Below are positions 9,167-19,671 of a stretch of 64,000 bases of DNA, piece after piece. The notes beneath the pieces are model-generated. The model saw nothing but the letters and a program-made list of their open reading frames with translations. It searched no databases and had not been told where the DNA came from. The stretch is from Candidatus Nanohalarchaeota archaeon (GTDB lineage: Archaea > EX4484-52 > B79-G9), in contig DAOWAN010000001.1 in assembly GCA_030634545.1 (NCBI GenBank), forward strand, positions 15,010 through 79,009, given 5' to 3'. How positions within the stretch are numbered: position 1 is the first letter of the stretch; each line of letters opens with the position of its first letter. A program made the position numbers and the translations under genes.

Positions 9167-11104
9167 TTATTTTTTACTGCCTTTATCCTTATCTTCATTT
9201 TCCACCTTATAATCTGCATCAACCACTTCTTCATCGCCTTTTTTCTTCTCAGTCTCACCAGGTTTTGCCTGCTCTTTTTGTGCCTGCTCTTTTTGCGCTT
9301 CCTCATACATTTTCGTGGTCAATTCATATATTGTGGCATTCAGTTCCTCTATTTTCTTCTTGATTGTCTCAGTATCTGCCTTTTCGTCTTTCAGTGTCTC
9401 TTTCAGGGCATCTATACCTGTTTTAATTTTTTCCTGCGTACCCTTATCAACTTTGTCACCGTGATCTTTGAGGGTCTTCTCTGCTGTGTAGACTATACTC
9501 TCTGCCTGATTCCTTACCTCAATTGATTCTTTTTTCTTCTTATCTTCTTCACCGTGCTTTTTTGATTCCTCTTCCATTATTTTAATCTCTTCTTCTGAGA
9601 GACCGGATGCAGGCTTGATTGAGATTGTCTGCTCTTTGCCAGTTCCATGATCTTTTGCAGACACATGGATTATCCCATTTGCATCTATATCAAAAGTCAC
9701 TTCAATCTGTGGAATGCCTCTTGGAGCAGGCGGGATTCCTATAAGATCAAACCTGCCAAGTGGATGGTTATCCGCAGCCATTGCACGCTCTCCCTGGAGT
9801 ACATTTATTGTTACAGCAGCCTGGTTATCAGCCGCAGTTGAGAACACCTGCGATTTCTTGGTTGGAATTGTCGTATTCTTCTCAATCAGTTTTGTAAAGA
9901 CACTACCAAGAGTCTCTATACCAAGAGATAATGGAGTCACATCAAGTAAGAGTACATCTTTTACATCACCAGAAAGAACTCCGGACTGGATAGCAGCACC
10001 GATAGCTACTACTTCATCAGGATTTACGCTCTTGTTCGGCTCTTTACCAAACAACAACTGTACTGCTTTTTGGACAGCAGGCATCCTGGTTTGTCCACCG
10101 ACAAGTATTACCTCATGTATATCTGATATCTTCAGGTCTGCGTCTTTGAGAGCTTGTTTGCATGGTGCGATTGTCTTATCTACAAGATCTTCTGTAAGCT
10201 GCTCAAGTTTTGCTCTTGTAAGTGTATAGTTGAAATGTTTCGGACCGGAATCAGTAGATGTTATGAACGGAAGATTTACCTCTGTTTCCTGCGCACTTGA
10301 AAGCTCAATCTTTGCTTTTTCTGCTGCTTCCTTGAGACGCTGGAGTACCATAGTCTCTTTTGATAAATCTACACCTTCCTGTTTTTTGAATTCTTCAACA
10401 AGGAAATGGATAATTTTCTGATCGAAGTCATCGCCGCCAAGGTGCGTATCACCATTTGTAGACTTTACTTCAAATACGCCGTCACCAAGTTCAAGTATGG
10501 ATATATCAAATGTCCCGCCGCCAAGATCAAATACAGCTATTTTTTCATCCTTCTTTTTATCAAGACCATACGACAATGCCGCAGCAGTAGGTTCATTGAT
10601 TATCCTCAAAACTTCAAGACCAGCGATTTTTCCTGCATCTTTTGTTGCCTGTCTTTGGGAGTCATTAAAGTATGCCGGAACTGTGATTACTGCCTTCTCT
10701 ACCTTTTCCCCAAGATATGCTTCAGCATCATTCTTCAGTTTCTGAAGTGTCATTGCAGATACTTCCGGAGCAGAGTATCCTTTGCCATTTGCCTCTACCC
10801 AAGCATCTTTGTTTTTTGCTTCAACTATCTTGAAAGGCATAATCCTGATATCTTTCTGAACTTCCTTATCTGTAAATTTGCGACCAATCAGCCTTTTGAT
10901 TGAGAATAGTGTATTCTCCGGGTTTGTCACTGCCTGCCTCTTAGCTGTAAGACCTACAAGACGCTCTCCTTTCTTTGTGAATGCGATAATCGAAGGGGTT
11001 GTCCTGTTACCCTCTGCATTAGGGATAACCGTAGGCTTCCCGCCCTCCATCACTGCCATACATGAGTTAGTTGTTCCTAAATCAATTCCTATTGTCTTAG
11101 TCAT
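9167..11104 (-). CDS. dnaK: chaperone DnaK (Hsp70)
   Basis: [25 protein letters not shown] and NPDEVVA motifs; start at ATG 11104. Confidence 0.98.
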   Translation of the reverse strand: MTKTIGIDLGTTNSCMAVMEGGKPTVIPNAEGNRTTPSIIAFTKKGERLVGLTAKRQAVTNPENTLFSIKRLIGRKFTDKEVQKDIRIMPFKIVEAKNKDAWVEANGKGYSAPEVSAMTLQKLKNDAEAYLGEKVEKAVITVPAYFNDSQRQATKDAGKIAGLEVLRIINEPTAAALSYGLDKKKDEKIAVFDLGGGTFDISILELGDGVFEVKSTNGDTHLGGDDFDQKIIHFLVEEFKKQEGVDLSKETMVLQRLKEAAEKAKIELSSAQETEVNLPFITSTDSGPKHFNYTLTRAKLEQLTEDLVDKTIAPCKQALKDADLKISDIHEVILVGGQTRMPAVQKAVQLLFGKEPNKSVNPDEVVAIGAAIQSGVLSGDVKDVLLLDVTPLSLGIETLGSVFTKLIEKNTTIPTKKSQVFSTAADNQAAVTINVLQGERAMAADNHPLGRFDLIGIPPAPRGIPQIEVTFDIDANGIIHVSAKDHGTGKEQTISIKPASGLSEEEIKIMEEESKKHGEEDKKKKESIEVRNQAESIVYTAEKTLKDHGDKVDKGTQEKIKTGIDALKETLKDEKADTETIKKKIEELNATIYELTTKMYEEAQKEQAQKEQAKPGETEKKKGDEEVVDADYKVENEDKDKGSKK

Positions 11105-11121
11105 AATATACACCTCTGTTA

Positions 11122-11634
11122 TTATTCATTTTTCACTACCTTAACTTTTGATGCTCGTATCAGTTTGTTTTTAAAAGTATATCCTTTCTCAAGTTCCTCA
11201 CACACCACATTATCTTCATGATCTTTTGATTCTATTATCATCATTGCCTCATGCAGATTCGGATCAAATTCAGCACCATCACAATCTATTTTTTCTAAAC
11301 CCTCTTTTTCGAGGATACTGCACAAGCTTTTTTGTGTCATTTCTATACCACAGATCAATGCTTCAATATCATGATTCTTTTTTGATGCAGCAAGTGCGCG
11401 CTCAAGATTGTCAAGTATTGGCAGGAGATTCAACACCAGCTTCTCAAGTTCCCTTTGTGATGCACATTCTCTATCCTTTTCTACCCTTTTTTTATAGTTT
11501 TCAAAATCCGCTTGTGAGCGCTTGATATGATTTACATAATCATTAATTATCTTCCGCATTTTTTCAACATCTTTTTTAAGAGCTTTAATCTCTACCTCTT
11601 CCTTTTTCACCTTGTGTTTTGCTTCAGTCATCAT
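11122..11634 (-). CDS. grpE: nucleotide exchange factor GrpE
   Basis: [32 protein letters not shown]; directly upstream of dnaK. Confidence 0.96.
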   Translation of the reverse strand: MMTEAKHKVKKEEVEIKALKKDVEKMRKIINDYVNHIKRSQADFENYKKRVEKDRECASQRELEKLVLNLLPILDNLERALAASKKNHDIEALICGIEMTQKSLCSILEKEGLEKIDCDGAEFDPNLHEAMMIIESKDHEDNVVCEELEKGYTFKNKLIRASKVKVVKNE

Positions 11635-11858
11635 ATCACCTTTAACGGAACCATTTTATCGTTTAGTTTTATAACTTTTTGTGTGATGACCGGGAAAAGA
11701 CATGTGACATCCACATCTCTTTGCATTCTTCCAATATCACCAAACAATTCATACAGCACCATCAAATTATACACACCATCCGGATTTTGTTGATAACTTA
11801 TAAACAAAACTTAAATGTTACAGAATCTTTTTAAATGTTTGCATCCATAAATGTACGC

Positions 11859-12263
11859 ATGAGGCGCTTCATACTAGCAGAGATTAAGAAGCCAAGAGAA
11901 AAGGGACTTGACACTGATGTCGAATGGATGTGCGAATGTCTGGGAATAGTCACCCCAAGAGACAGGGACAGGACATCCACAAAAATCCTTATGGTCATGC
12001 TAAGAGCCGCAAAAAAAGACGAAGGTTTGTCAAGTGACGATATTGCAGACAAAGTAGGCGTCACAAGAGGCACGGTAGTACATCACATCAAAAGGTATAT
12101 GAGTTCCGGTGTTGTTGTCAAGCACCACACAACCTACGAACTGCGCACAAACTCCCTACGCGACACTCTAAATGAGATCGAACTTGACATGGAGAGAACA
12201 ATAAGGCGCATGAAACAGATAGCGCAGGAGATTGATGATGAGATGGGCTTAAGAGAGAGATAG
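11859..12263 (+). CDS. winged-helix HTH transcriptional regulator
   Basis: LSSDDIADKVGVTRGTVVHHIKR HTH plus C-terminal helix; divergent from grpE-dnaK-dnaJ; start may be 11835. Confidence 0.75.
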   Translation: MRRFILAEIKKPREKGLDTDVEWMCECLGIVTPRDRDRTSTKILMVMLRAAKKDEGLSSDDIADKVGVTRGTVVHHIKRYMSSGVVVKHHTTYELRTNSLRDTLNEIELDMERTIRRMKQIAQEIDDEMGLRER

Positions 12264-12601
12264 TTATTCAATCCCGTCTTCTTTTACCATAGTCATTTAT
12301 TGGACAAATAAAGACAACGCAAATCCATAAACATACAACAAGCCACAACATTAGAAATTCCACTCATCTACTCAATCACATACAGACCTATCATATAGGC
12401 TTTGAAAAGTTTTCCGAAGGAAATTTTGGATGAGCGATAGCGAATCTTAAAGCCCGTGTTAGTTGTCCCTAACCAATTACATAGAATTGTTCGAGCGAAG
12501 CGAGAAAGTTGTCGAGTGGGCGTATGATTATCACATAAGCATTTATTATTTATAAGTAATACTAAGAGTTATATAGTTTTCTGTCTATAATTTATTATAA
12601 T

Positions 12602-13015
12602 GTGATATTGATGAATGATACGATGATTGATGATTTATTTGTAAAAAGCATTGAAAAAGACTCAATAAAGTACACTGATTTTTCAGTTGAATATAAAAGT
12701 AAAGAGGTTCTTGCAAAAAATCATGCTGATTTTTTCCTGAAATATTTAAATGGTTTAGGTAAAGGAGAATATTCTGAAAGTCAAAATCTTCGGAGTGGTT
12801 TTGAAAAAATTAATCCGAATTGTGAATGTTATGATATCAAAAAAGATGGATATGTCTCTCTCAAATCTTTTTTTGTCTTATTTGAACCAGAATCCGTACC
12901 TTCATTTGGTAAGCCTGTTAAAGTATCTATACAAACTATGGGGGGAGAAACAGAAATTTTAGAACAGTATGCTGCCTATTTAACAGATTTAAGTACTGGA
13001 TTTGAACAGGAATAG
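12602..13015 (+). CDS. hypothetical protein
   Basis: 137-aa ORF, no recognised motif. Confidence 0.5.
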   Translation: MILMNDTMIDDLFVKSIEKDSIKYTDFSVEYKSKEVLAKNHADFFLKYLNGLGKGEYSESQNLRSGFEKINPNCECYDIKKDGYVSLKSFFVLFEPESVPSFGKPVKVSIQTMGGETEILEQYAAYLTDLSTGFEQE

Positions 13016-13051
13016 TGTATTTTTTCGTAGCCCACCCGTTAATTGCAACTA

Positions 13052-13645
13052 TCAACGTTTCTGTATACGCGATTTTTGGAATTTCAACGCATCTTTTACA
13101 GTACGGATATCTCGTTTTTTCATATGCCGATATAACTTGCTAAATACCTCCTTTGTTGCAAGTACATCACCCATGGCCCTGTGAGCCTGTTGATTATTTA
13201 TCTTAAGATTACTGCAGACACTTTCCAGGCAGTATGACGTTAAATTAGGTATCAATCTTCTAGACAGTTTGCATGTACATAGAGCATAGTTTTCTAACTC
13301 ATCGATATCAGTCTCTTTAAAGTAATGATTCAAAAAGTTGTAGTCAAATGTCGTATTGTGGGCAATGATTACATCATCACTTATGAATTCTCTTATGTCT
13401 GCACCAACATCTGTAAAAGTAGGAGCATCTCTCACCAGATTATTTGTTATACCTGTCAGGGATGTTATAAATGAAGGAATCCTTACTTGAGGATTTATCA
13501 ATGTTGAGTATTCATCAATTATATTGAATGTACTAGTATTATTCTCGATATTCACCTTTACAGCAGAGAATTCTGTGATTTTATTCACATATCTTGAGAG
13601 CCCGGTTGTCTCAATATCAAGCACCACAAATATTGCGTTTTCCAT
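13052..13645 (-). CDS. DEDDh 3'-5' exonuclease (DnaQ/PolC epsilon-like)
   Basis: ExoI DIETTG, ExoII AHNTTFD, ExoIII HRAMGD. Confidence 0.92.
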   Translation of the reverse strand: MENAIFVVLDIETTGLSRYVNKITEFSAVKVNIENNTSTFNIIDEYSTLINPQVRIPSFITSLTGITNNLVRDAPTFTDVGADIREFISDDVIIAHNTTFDYNFLNHYFKETDIDELENYALCTCKLSRRLIPNLTSYCLESVCSNLKINNQQAHRAMGDVLATKEVFSKLYRHMKKRDIRTVKDALKFQKSRIQKR

Positions 13646-13766
13646 ATTATCGCCATCAGCATTCTTTTCTATAATATCTATTCATTGATATAGCACGATA
13701 CTTATTTTAATATCATATTTATATGGATATACTTCTCCCCTCTCTCATCATTATCTTTCTTGCAAA

Positions 13767-14756
13767 TCACAGACCAAGCATATCACCAAAGACTGCAAAC
13801 AGAAGCGCTTTTGCTGTAAAGAATATTACCAGTGCAAGACTTACAAAGACAGGACTGTATTTAACTGCGCCTTTAATATTACCGGACTGTATTTGTGATA
13901 TCAGGATACCTGAAAAGAGAGTCGTTATTATTAGCGCTGCAATTGAAAAGTAATGGAAGACTTCAAGATCAATATCTGGTTTTGAAATTTTCATCATGCC
14001 CTGATCTGCAAATTCTGAATCTATCTCACCCATATCATCCCACATACTTGTTGTTGATGTAACCAGAAATGCAGATATTGCAAAAAGGAATGGCGCGCCC
14101 AGTACAGCAGCCATAAAGATAAACATGACATACATCATTACACTGGACTGAATTTCTTTTTGAAGCATCTCAGTATTCCTGATATCTGCAGCAGTTTCCT
14201 CAAGCAGTTTTGCTACTGCACCGCCGGACCTCAACCCTTCTACCAATAAACCAACAGTTCTTGCAAGTATAGTGGATTTTATTTTTGTTGTAAGACTCTG
14301 GAATGAATCTTCTATTGACTGACCGCCGTATATCTGGAATGCCACTCTTTTGAATTCCTGCCCAAGTTCCCCGAATTCCGGTCTTGCTGAGAAAAGAAGC
14401 GCACGGTCAATAGTCAATCCTGACTTGATATTGGATGCAGTCAAAAGCAGCAAATCAGGCAGGAGCTGTTCCATTGCTTTCCTTCTCGACTCTGCTACAA
14501 GTGAATAGATGACATAAGGTGAGATTAGCCCCACTAATATGATTATAGCCGGAGGTATGATACTGAGCCACAGTGGAGCATTGACAAGACCAATCAGGAT
14601 GAAGAAATCCACAAATGCCATGATATAAAACGCGATGAATAACCTGAATATAAAACTTTCCTTGAAGCTTTCCTGACCAGCAAAACGTGCTTCGCTTTCA
14701 ATGAGTTCCCGGTACCTCTTCGGAAGCATGTTGTAGATTAATATCTCGTAATTCAT
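13767..14756 (-). CDS. type IV pilus platform protein (TadC/T2SS-F family)
   Basis: LPDLL...NIKSGLT...ARPEFGEL...SGG T2SSF domain with flanking TMs. Confidence 0.88.
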   Translation of the reverse strand: MNYEILIYNMLPKRYRELIESEARFAGQESFKESFIFRLFIAFYIMAFVDFFILIGLVNAPLWLSIIPPAIIILVGLISPYVIYSLVAESRRKAMEQLLPDLLLLTASNIKSGLTIDRALLFSARPEFGELGQEFKRVAFQIYGGQSIEDSFQSLTTKIKSTILARTVGLLVEGLRSGGAVAKLLEETAADIRNTEMLQKEIQSSVMMYVMFIFMAAVLGAPFLFAISAFLVTSTTSMWDDMGEIDSEFADQGMMKISKPDIDLEVFHYFSIAALIITTLFSGILISQIQSGNIKGAVKYSPVFVSLALVIFFTAKALLFAVFGDMLGL

Positions 14757-14762
14757 AATACA

Positions 14763-15632
14763 TTACACCCTGACCGTAGGTCTCTTTGTCTTTATAAGAT
14801 TTATAAATACCAGCTGAAATAATATCAGACCAACAAGAATACTCACAAGGATAACTGGCGGCAAGCCAGTTCCAGTAAAACTTGAAAGTATTATCATAAA
14901 AGTTATACCTAAAGAAGGCATAATTACACCAACCATCATATACATCAAGGTATACGGATTCAATTGTTGACCGTATTTTTTTATTGAAATCAACTGATCT
15001 TTGACAATATCATCAACGATATTACCCAAAGGGGACCCGATATCAGTTCCAGTCTTCATTGCATTCAGCAGCTGCCAGAAGGACCTCCTGTAAGAAAGTG
15101 ACGGATTTATAAGTATACTATCTTCAATTGCTTCGGTCTCTGATTTACCTCCATTGATGTCCTTGACAATTTTCTTAAATTCTTCAGAGACAGCACCATA
15201 CCCTTCTGTAACTGCGACAAGTGACTGATACAGTGGAATCCCGGATCTTACCTCAATTAGAAGGTGGCGCAATGCATTCGGCAGTTCCTGCTCTATCGCT
15301 CTAGCCCTTTTTTTTGCCTGGACCTTAGGTTTAAACATTGACGTGTAAAACATCATAACCGAAACAAGCGGTCCGAAAATGACAAGTATTTTCAATATGA
15401 GCAAAATTTTCAGATTTAATATAAGACCAATTATAATTATACCCGCAAGAAGCATCACAGTCTGATTGACAGTCATATAAATACTGATTGCGATATGCTG
15501 TCTTAATGTAAGATTTGTCTGTGACTGCATGAGATCCATAGTTACAGATGAGAATGTCGGCTCCAGTTTCCCTGCAGTTCGCAGGTATTTTCTGGACTTG
15601 CTGAGAAAATATTTTTTCCTTAATGTCTTCAT
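14763..15632 (-). CDS. type IV pilus platform protein (TadB/T2SS-F family)
   Basis: IEQELPNALRH...SGIPL...YGAVSEEF...TG T2SSF domain; operonic with the ATPase. Confidence 0.88.
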   Translation of the reverse strand: MKTLRKKYFLSKSRKYLRTAGKLEPTFSSVTMDLMQSQTNLTLRQHIAISIYMTVNQTVMLLAGIIIIGLILNLKILLILKILVIFGPLVSVMMFYTSMFKPKVQAKKRARAIEQELPNALRHLLIEVRSGIPLYQSLVAVTEGYGAVSEEFKKIVKDINGGKSETEAIEDSILINPSLSYRRSFWQLLNAMKTGTDIGSPLGNIVDDIVKDQLISIKKYGQQLNPYTLMYMMVGVIMPSLGITFMIILSSFTGTGLPPVILVSILVGLILFQLVFINLIKTKRPTVRV

Positions 15633-15649
15633 TTAATCGCATCCGAAAA

Positions 15650-18151
15650 CTATTCATGTGTCTTTTGATTGTCAGAGTCTTCTGATTGAGTAGAGGATTT
15701 TTGTTCAGGGGCGATCTCAGAATACAGTTCCGGACCCAGCAATTCTTCTGGTGATGTAGATGACTTTGCAAGTTTTACAACTGAATTTTCATCGCGATAG
15801 TATTCTGCAAAGACTTTTCCTACAGTATTTATTGTTTTTATCTGATATTTTATCATCCATTCAAGTATTTTTGCCTTATTTACCAGATCAATCTCGATTT
15901 CTTCAGTGCTCATTCCAGTATATAATTGAATCTCTTTGTATATCCTGTAAGATTTATTTACTTTTTCAATTGTGTCTGTCCTTGGATTCCATTGGTATAT
16001 GACATTCAGAGCATCTTCACCTTCTCCTTTAATTATCTCTGCTACTTCAAGTGTCCTCCTTACTCCCTTTCTACGATGCCGATATTGGACGACAATAAGA
16101 TGCAGAGCGCTCAGTGAACTTTTAGGAAGATTTATCGGGGGATTAGTTAACCTTTTTCGGACCTCTTCAGCTTTATCACCATGAAATGTTGCATATGCTG
16201 AGTGCCCTGTTCTGATAGCCTCAAACATGACTTCTGCTTCTTTGGCTCTTCTGATTTCACCGATGATTATTCGATCCGGTCTCATCCTCAACGAATTAGC
16301 AAGTAGGTCAAGCATAGTGACCTGACCCTTACCTTCTGGATTTGCTCCCCGTGATGAAAACGGTACCCAATGCAGGAACTTTGGAAGGTTTATCTCACGC
16401 GTGTCTTCTATGGAGATGATTCTCTGGTTTGGCGGCATGAAAGGCATCAATATGTTCAGCATTGACGTTTTCCCGGAAGCAGTACCGCCAGCAACCAAGA
16501 TATTCAGTTCATATTGTATAGCAAGCCAAAAAAGAGCAGCAACTTCTTTGCTTAGTGTCTTGACTTCAAGGAAGTGGATTATGGTCCATGGAGATCTTGA
16601 GAACTTTCTTATAGTTATTGTATTTCCATTAGTGGATATTGGAAAGAGTGTAGCATTTACCCTATCCCCAGTACTTAGATGCGCATCCATTAGCGGATTG
16701 AGGTTTGTTATTTCACGACCTACCCGTCGACCTATTGACGATGAGAAATTGTATATTTTATCTTCACTCTTGGTGAATACATTTGTTTTGAGCCAGCCAT
16801 AGTGCTTATGATATACCCAGACAGGATCCTTGTGGTTGTTGATTACTATTTCTTCAAGATATGGATCACTTAAAAGCAATTCTATATCTCCAAGCCCAAG
16901 CATTTCGTGTATCAGATTGCCCGATAGTGTCTTTTTCTCTTTATCAGATACATTGGGAAGATAGCGATCAAGCAGATCGTAGGCTTTCTTCATGAATTTT
17001 TCTTTGACAACACTAAGAGCAGAAGGATCTACAAACTCTTTTGTGGTTATCTGGACGAGCATGATAAGCTGCTCTCTTATGGCATTTAGTATCGCAAGTG
17101 TACCGATAGTAACCATAGGTCGTTTTAAATAGTATATTGGAACATATTGAGTAGGCACATTGTATACTGTGACTGTTGCATAGACATCATCTGCATTGAG
17201 GTTATATTTTTCAATTTCAGTGCCAGTACTAACATCTATGTCTCTCTGATCATTTACTTTTTTCAGTATTGAACTTACTGCAATTCTTTTGTTATTATCC
17301 TTTTCTGTAGTTTCGTTTCCGGTTTTGTTATTGCTTTGTATAATTTCTTTGGTTTCTTTTGTCTTTTGATTATCACTTGCAGCTTTTGTCACATCTTTTT
17401 TCAGGACCATCGTTTTATTTTTTTGCAGTTTTGTAGAGACTCCATCAGTATTATCCGATTTATGCACCTTTAGAGTTTGTGTGAGACGCGGAATCATCTC
17501 TTTTTGTGTTGTCGCAGAGGATTTAGTTTTTTGCTGTTCGCTCTTGATTTTCTCCTGCATCTTCTTCCTGATTTCATCTTTAGCCTTCTTCTGGCTTTGC
17601 CCCGTAGACCCTGATTTGCCTTTACTTGAATCATTCACTTTCTGCATTTTCTTCCTGATTTCATCTTTAGCCTTCTTCAGGCTTTGCCCCGTAGACCCTG
17701 ATTTGCCTTTACTCGAATCATTCACTTTCTGCATCTTCTTCCTGATTTCATCTTTAGCCTTCTTCTGGCTTTGCCCCGTAGACCCTGATTTGCCTTTACT
17801 TGAATCATTCACTTTCTGCATCTTCTTCCTGATTTCATCTTTAGCCTTCTTCAGGCTTTGCCCCGTAGACCCTGATTTGCCTTTGCTCGAATCATTCACT
17901 TTCTGCATCTTCTTCCTGATTTCATCTTTAGCCTTCTTCAGGCTTTGCCCGGCAGACTCTACTTTGTCTTTGCGCGAAACATTTTTCTCCTGCATTTTCT
18001 CTCGAATCTCTTCCTTCGCTTTTTTCAGGCTTTGTCCAGTGTCTGTTTTGTTGTTCAGAACATGAGACTTTATATCGCTATGAGAAGTAGCACTCTGATC
18101 TTTCGACTCAGTATCTTCTGTTTTTTTTTTCATAAAATCAAGAATTCCCAT
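15650..18151 (-). CDS. type II/IV secretion ATPase (TadA/VirB11/FlaI-like) with long basic repeat-containing N-terminus
   Basis: Walker A GGTASGKTS, SIEDTRE, LRMRPDRIIIGEIR, TGH...TFH; ATG 18151 preferred. Confidence 0.93.
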   Translation of the reverse strand: MGILDFMKKKTEDTESKDQSATSHSDIKSHVLNNKTDTGQSLKKAKEEIREKMQEKNVSRKDKVESAGQSLKKAKDEIRKKMQKVNDSSKGKSGSTGQSLKKAKDEIRKKMQKVNDSSKGKSGSTGQSQKKAKDEIRKKMQKVNDSSKGKSGSTGQSLKKAKDEIRKKMQKVNDSSKGKSGSTGQSQKKAKDEIRKKMQEKIKSEQQKTKSSATTQKEMIPRLTQTLKVHKSDNTDGVSTKLQKNKTMVLKKDVTKAASDNQKTKETKEIIQSNNKTGNETTEKDNNKRIAVSSILKKVNDQRDIDVSTGTEIEKYNLNADDVYATVTVYNVPTQYVPIYYLKRPMVTIGTLAILNAIREQLIMLVQITTKEFVDPSALSVVKEKFMKKAYDLLDRYLPNVSDKEKKTLSGNLIHEMLGLGDIELLLSDPYLEEIVINNHKDPVWVYHKHYGWLKTNVFTKSEDKIYNFSSSIGRRVGREITNLNPLMDAHLSTGDRVNATLFPISTNGNTITIRKFSRSPWTIIHFLEVKTLSKEVAALFWLAIQYELNILVAGGTASGKTSMLNILMPFMPPNQRIISIEDTREINLPKFLHWVPFSSRGANPEGKGQVTMLDLLANSLRMRPDRIIIGEIRRAKEAEVMFEAIRTGHSAYATFHGDKAEEVRKRLTNPPINLPKSSLSALHLIVVQYRHRRKGVRRTLEVAEIIKGEGEDALNVIYQWNPRTDTIEKVNKSYRIYKEIQLYTGMSTEEIEIDLVNKAKILEWMIKYQIKTINTVGKVFAEYYRDENSVVKLAKSSTSPEELLGPELYSEIAPEQKSSTQSEDSDNQKTHE
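17552..18037 (-). repeat. 87-bp coding tandem repeat (29-aa unit) in the ATPase N-terminus
   Basis: GGCTTTGCCC recurs at 17593, 17680, 17767, 17854 and 17941; unit GQS(L/Q)KKAKDEIRKKMQKVNDSSKGKSGST. Confidence 0.95.
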
Positions 18152-18324
18152 AATTACACACATCAAAATATATTAATATAGAAATATACCTACGGTTGTT
18201 AATATAGTTTATCAGGCAGTGGATATAAGTTCTGAATAGACATAGATTTATGAAGTAGACTATTGAACAAATCCAGTACCAATTGAGCCCATCCTACATC
18301 AATTACCAGATTAATCAATAGTTT

Positions 18325-18434
18325 GTCAACAACCGCCGGTCAATAGACCTGCGGCATGCCTTGCATGCCCACAAGTATCACCAAAGTTGTTGACATGCGA
18401 AGATTCCGCATGCCGCCACTCAATAGAGTAGCGG
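18325..18434. other. structured intergenic element with twin co-varying hairpins
   Basis: CCGCC-GGTC-AATA-GACC-TGCGG (18333-18354) and CCGCC-ACTC-AATA-GAGT-AGCGG (18413-18434); outer stem GTCAACAAC/GTTGTTGAC. Confidence 0.55.
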
Positions 18435-18578
18435 AATGTTCAGCATTTCAATATACTTTCAGTCTTTCCAGCACAGATGAAAATAACAGCACCACTATAA
18501 CTAGAATCGTAAAACAATCTAAAAATCAAAGATAAATATTACATAAAAGAGACAAAACTACAACCATAACAGCCGAGC

Positions 18579-18671
18579 TCACTTTTTCTTCCTGTGCCTC
18601 ATTTTTTTACTCTTTTTCTTTAGCTTGTGTTGTCTCATTTTCGAGGATTTTCTCTTTTTACCGCAAGGCAC
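18579..18671 (-). CDS. small basic protein of the AURKAIP1/COX24 (bS22/mS38-like) ribosomal family
   Basis: Manual translation MPCGKKRKSSKMRQHKLKKKSKKMRHRKKK*, GTG start with AGGTGG RBS; below the ORF-track length cutoff. Confidence 0.75.
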   Translation of the reverse strand: MPCGKKRKSSKMRQHKLKKKSKKMRHRKKK

Positions 18672-18685
18672 ATTGTCCACCTGTC

Positions 18686-19447
18686 TTATATTTTAGATAT
18701 TATCTTCCTGATGACACTGTATTTCTTATCGAGAGCTCTGCTTTGCTTCCTGATATCAAGGATATCTTTTTCAATCTCTTCAATTTTACCTGCCATATCT
18801 GAAGGATGCTCCTTACTAATTGCTTTTGATAATCTTTTAATGATTTCGATATCTTTAAATAATCTGTCTTTTTGTGCTTCAAATATCTTCAGATTCTTTT
18901 CTGTTTTTTTAATCTGATCTATCTTGGTTTTGATTATCTGATTGATCGTGAGATTATCTTTTTTTATTTTAGACTCTTCTTCTTCAATCAACTTGAGGAG
19001 TTTTTGCAGATTGTCTTCACGCGCACTGATTTCTTTTAGCTTATTTTCCAGTTTTAATGACTCACCATATTCTCTCTTAATGACATCCTCAAACCTCTCG
19101 ATAGACTTATGTTCTTCACGCATCATTTTTGCTTCTTCTTTTACATTCTGCTCTATACCTGATACTTCACTATCGATTTCATCCCTCAGTCCCTCAACTT
19201 TATTTTTTTTCTCTTTTACATTGCTTACCTTATTAGTCAGTATAAGTTTACCGGAGCGATCGTATTCTACAGAGAGTATGTTTTCTTTGCTCAATATTTC
19301 TGCCCATGTTTCAATAGTCTCAACAGGCAGAGATAACTCTTTAGAGATATCATTAGCACTTATTGACTTTCTTTCTGATACAATTTCCAGCAATTGATCA
19401 ATGCCTGTTTCCAGCATTGCTTCTTTCCATTGAGCCAAAGCTCTCAC
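18686..19447 (-). CDS. hypothetical wHTH + coiled-coil protein
   Basis: N-terminal ETGIDQLL...ISKEL...IETWAEIL HTH-like segment followed by a long K/E-rich heptad region. Confidence 0.65.
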   Translation of the reverse strand: MRALAQWKEAMLETGIDQLLEIVSERKSISANDISKELSLPVETIETWAEILSKENILSVEYDRSGKLILTNKVSNVKEKKNKVEGLRDEIDSEVSGIEQNVKEEAKMMREEHKSIERFEDVIKREYGESLKLENKLKEISAREDNLQKLLKLIEEEESKIKKDNLTINQIIKTKIDQIKKTEKNLKIFEAQKDRLFKDIEIIKRLSKAISKEHPSDMAGKIEEIEKDILDIRKQSRALDKKYSVIRKIISKI

Positions 19448-19671
19448 CTCTCGGATAAAACAATAAGTTTGTTGTTATATGCACATATTTATTCTAGGAA
19501 ACATAAATATAATAGTATCCTTTATATTTTATATGGTTGCCTTTATAGTTTTCAGAGATATGTAAAAATGCGAGTTCCATTTTGGACACACATATAATTA
19601 CTAAAACCAGTATTTATACACAACTATAACTATAACAATATAAACTAGTTCTATATATAGAATATATATTT

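Noticed and set aside
8144..11144. Long plus-strand ORFs overlapping dnaJ/dnaK
   Set aside because: Antisense shadows of well-conserved genes
17552..18037. 87-bp repeats as a possible CRISPR array
   Set aside because: No unique spacers; units are contiguous, in frame and coding; no cas genes in the window
13767..18151. Archaellum (fla/arl) operon
   Set aside because: Two separate TadB/TadC-type genes, and no FlaH or archaellin nearby; better explained as a type IV pilus system
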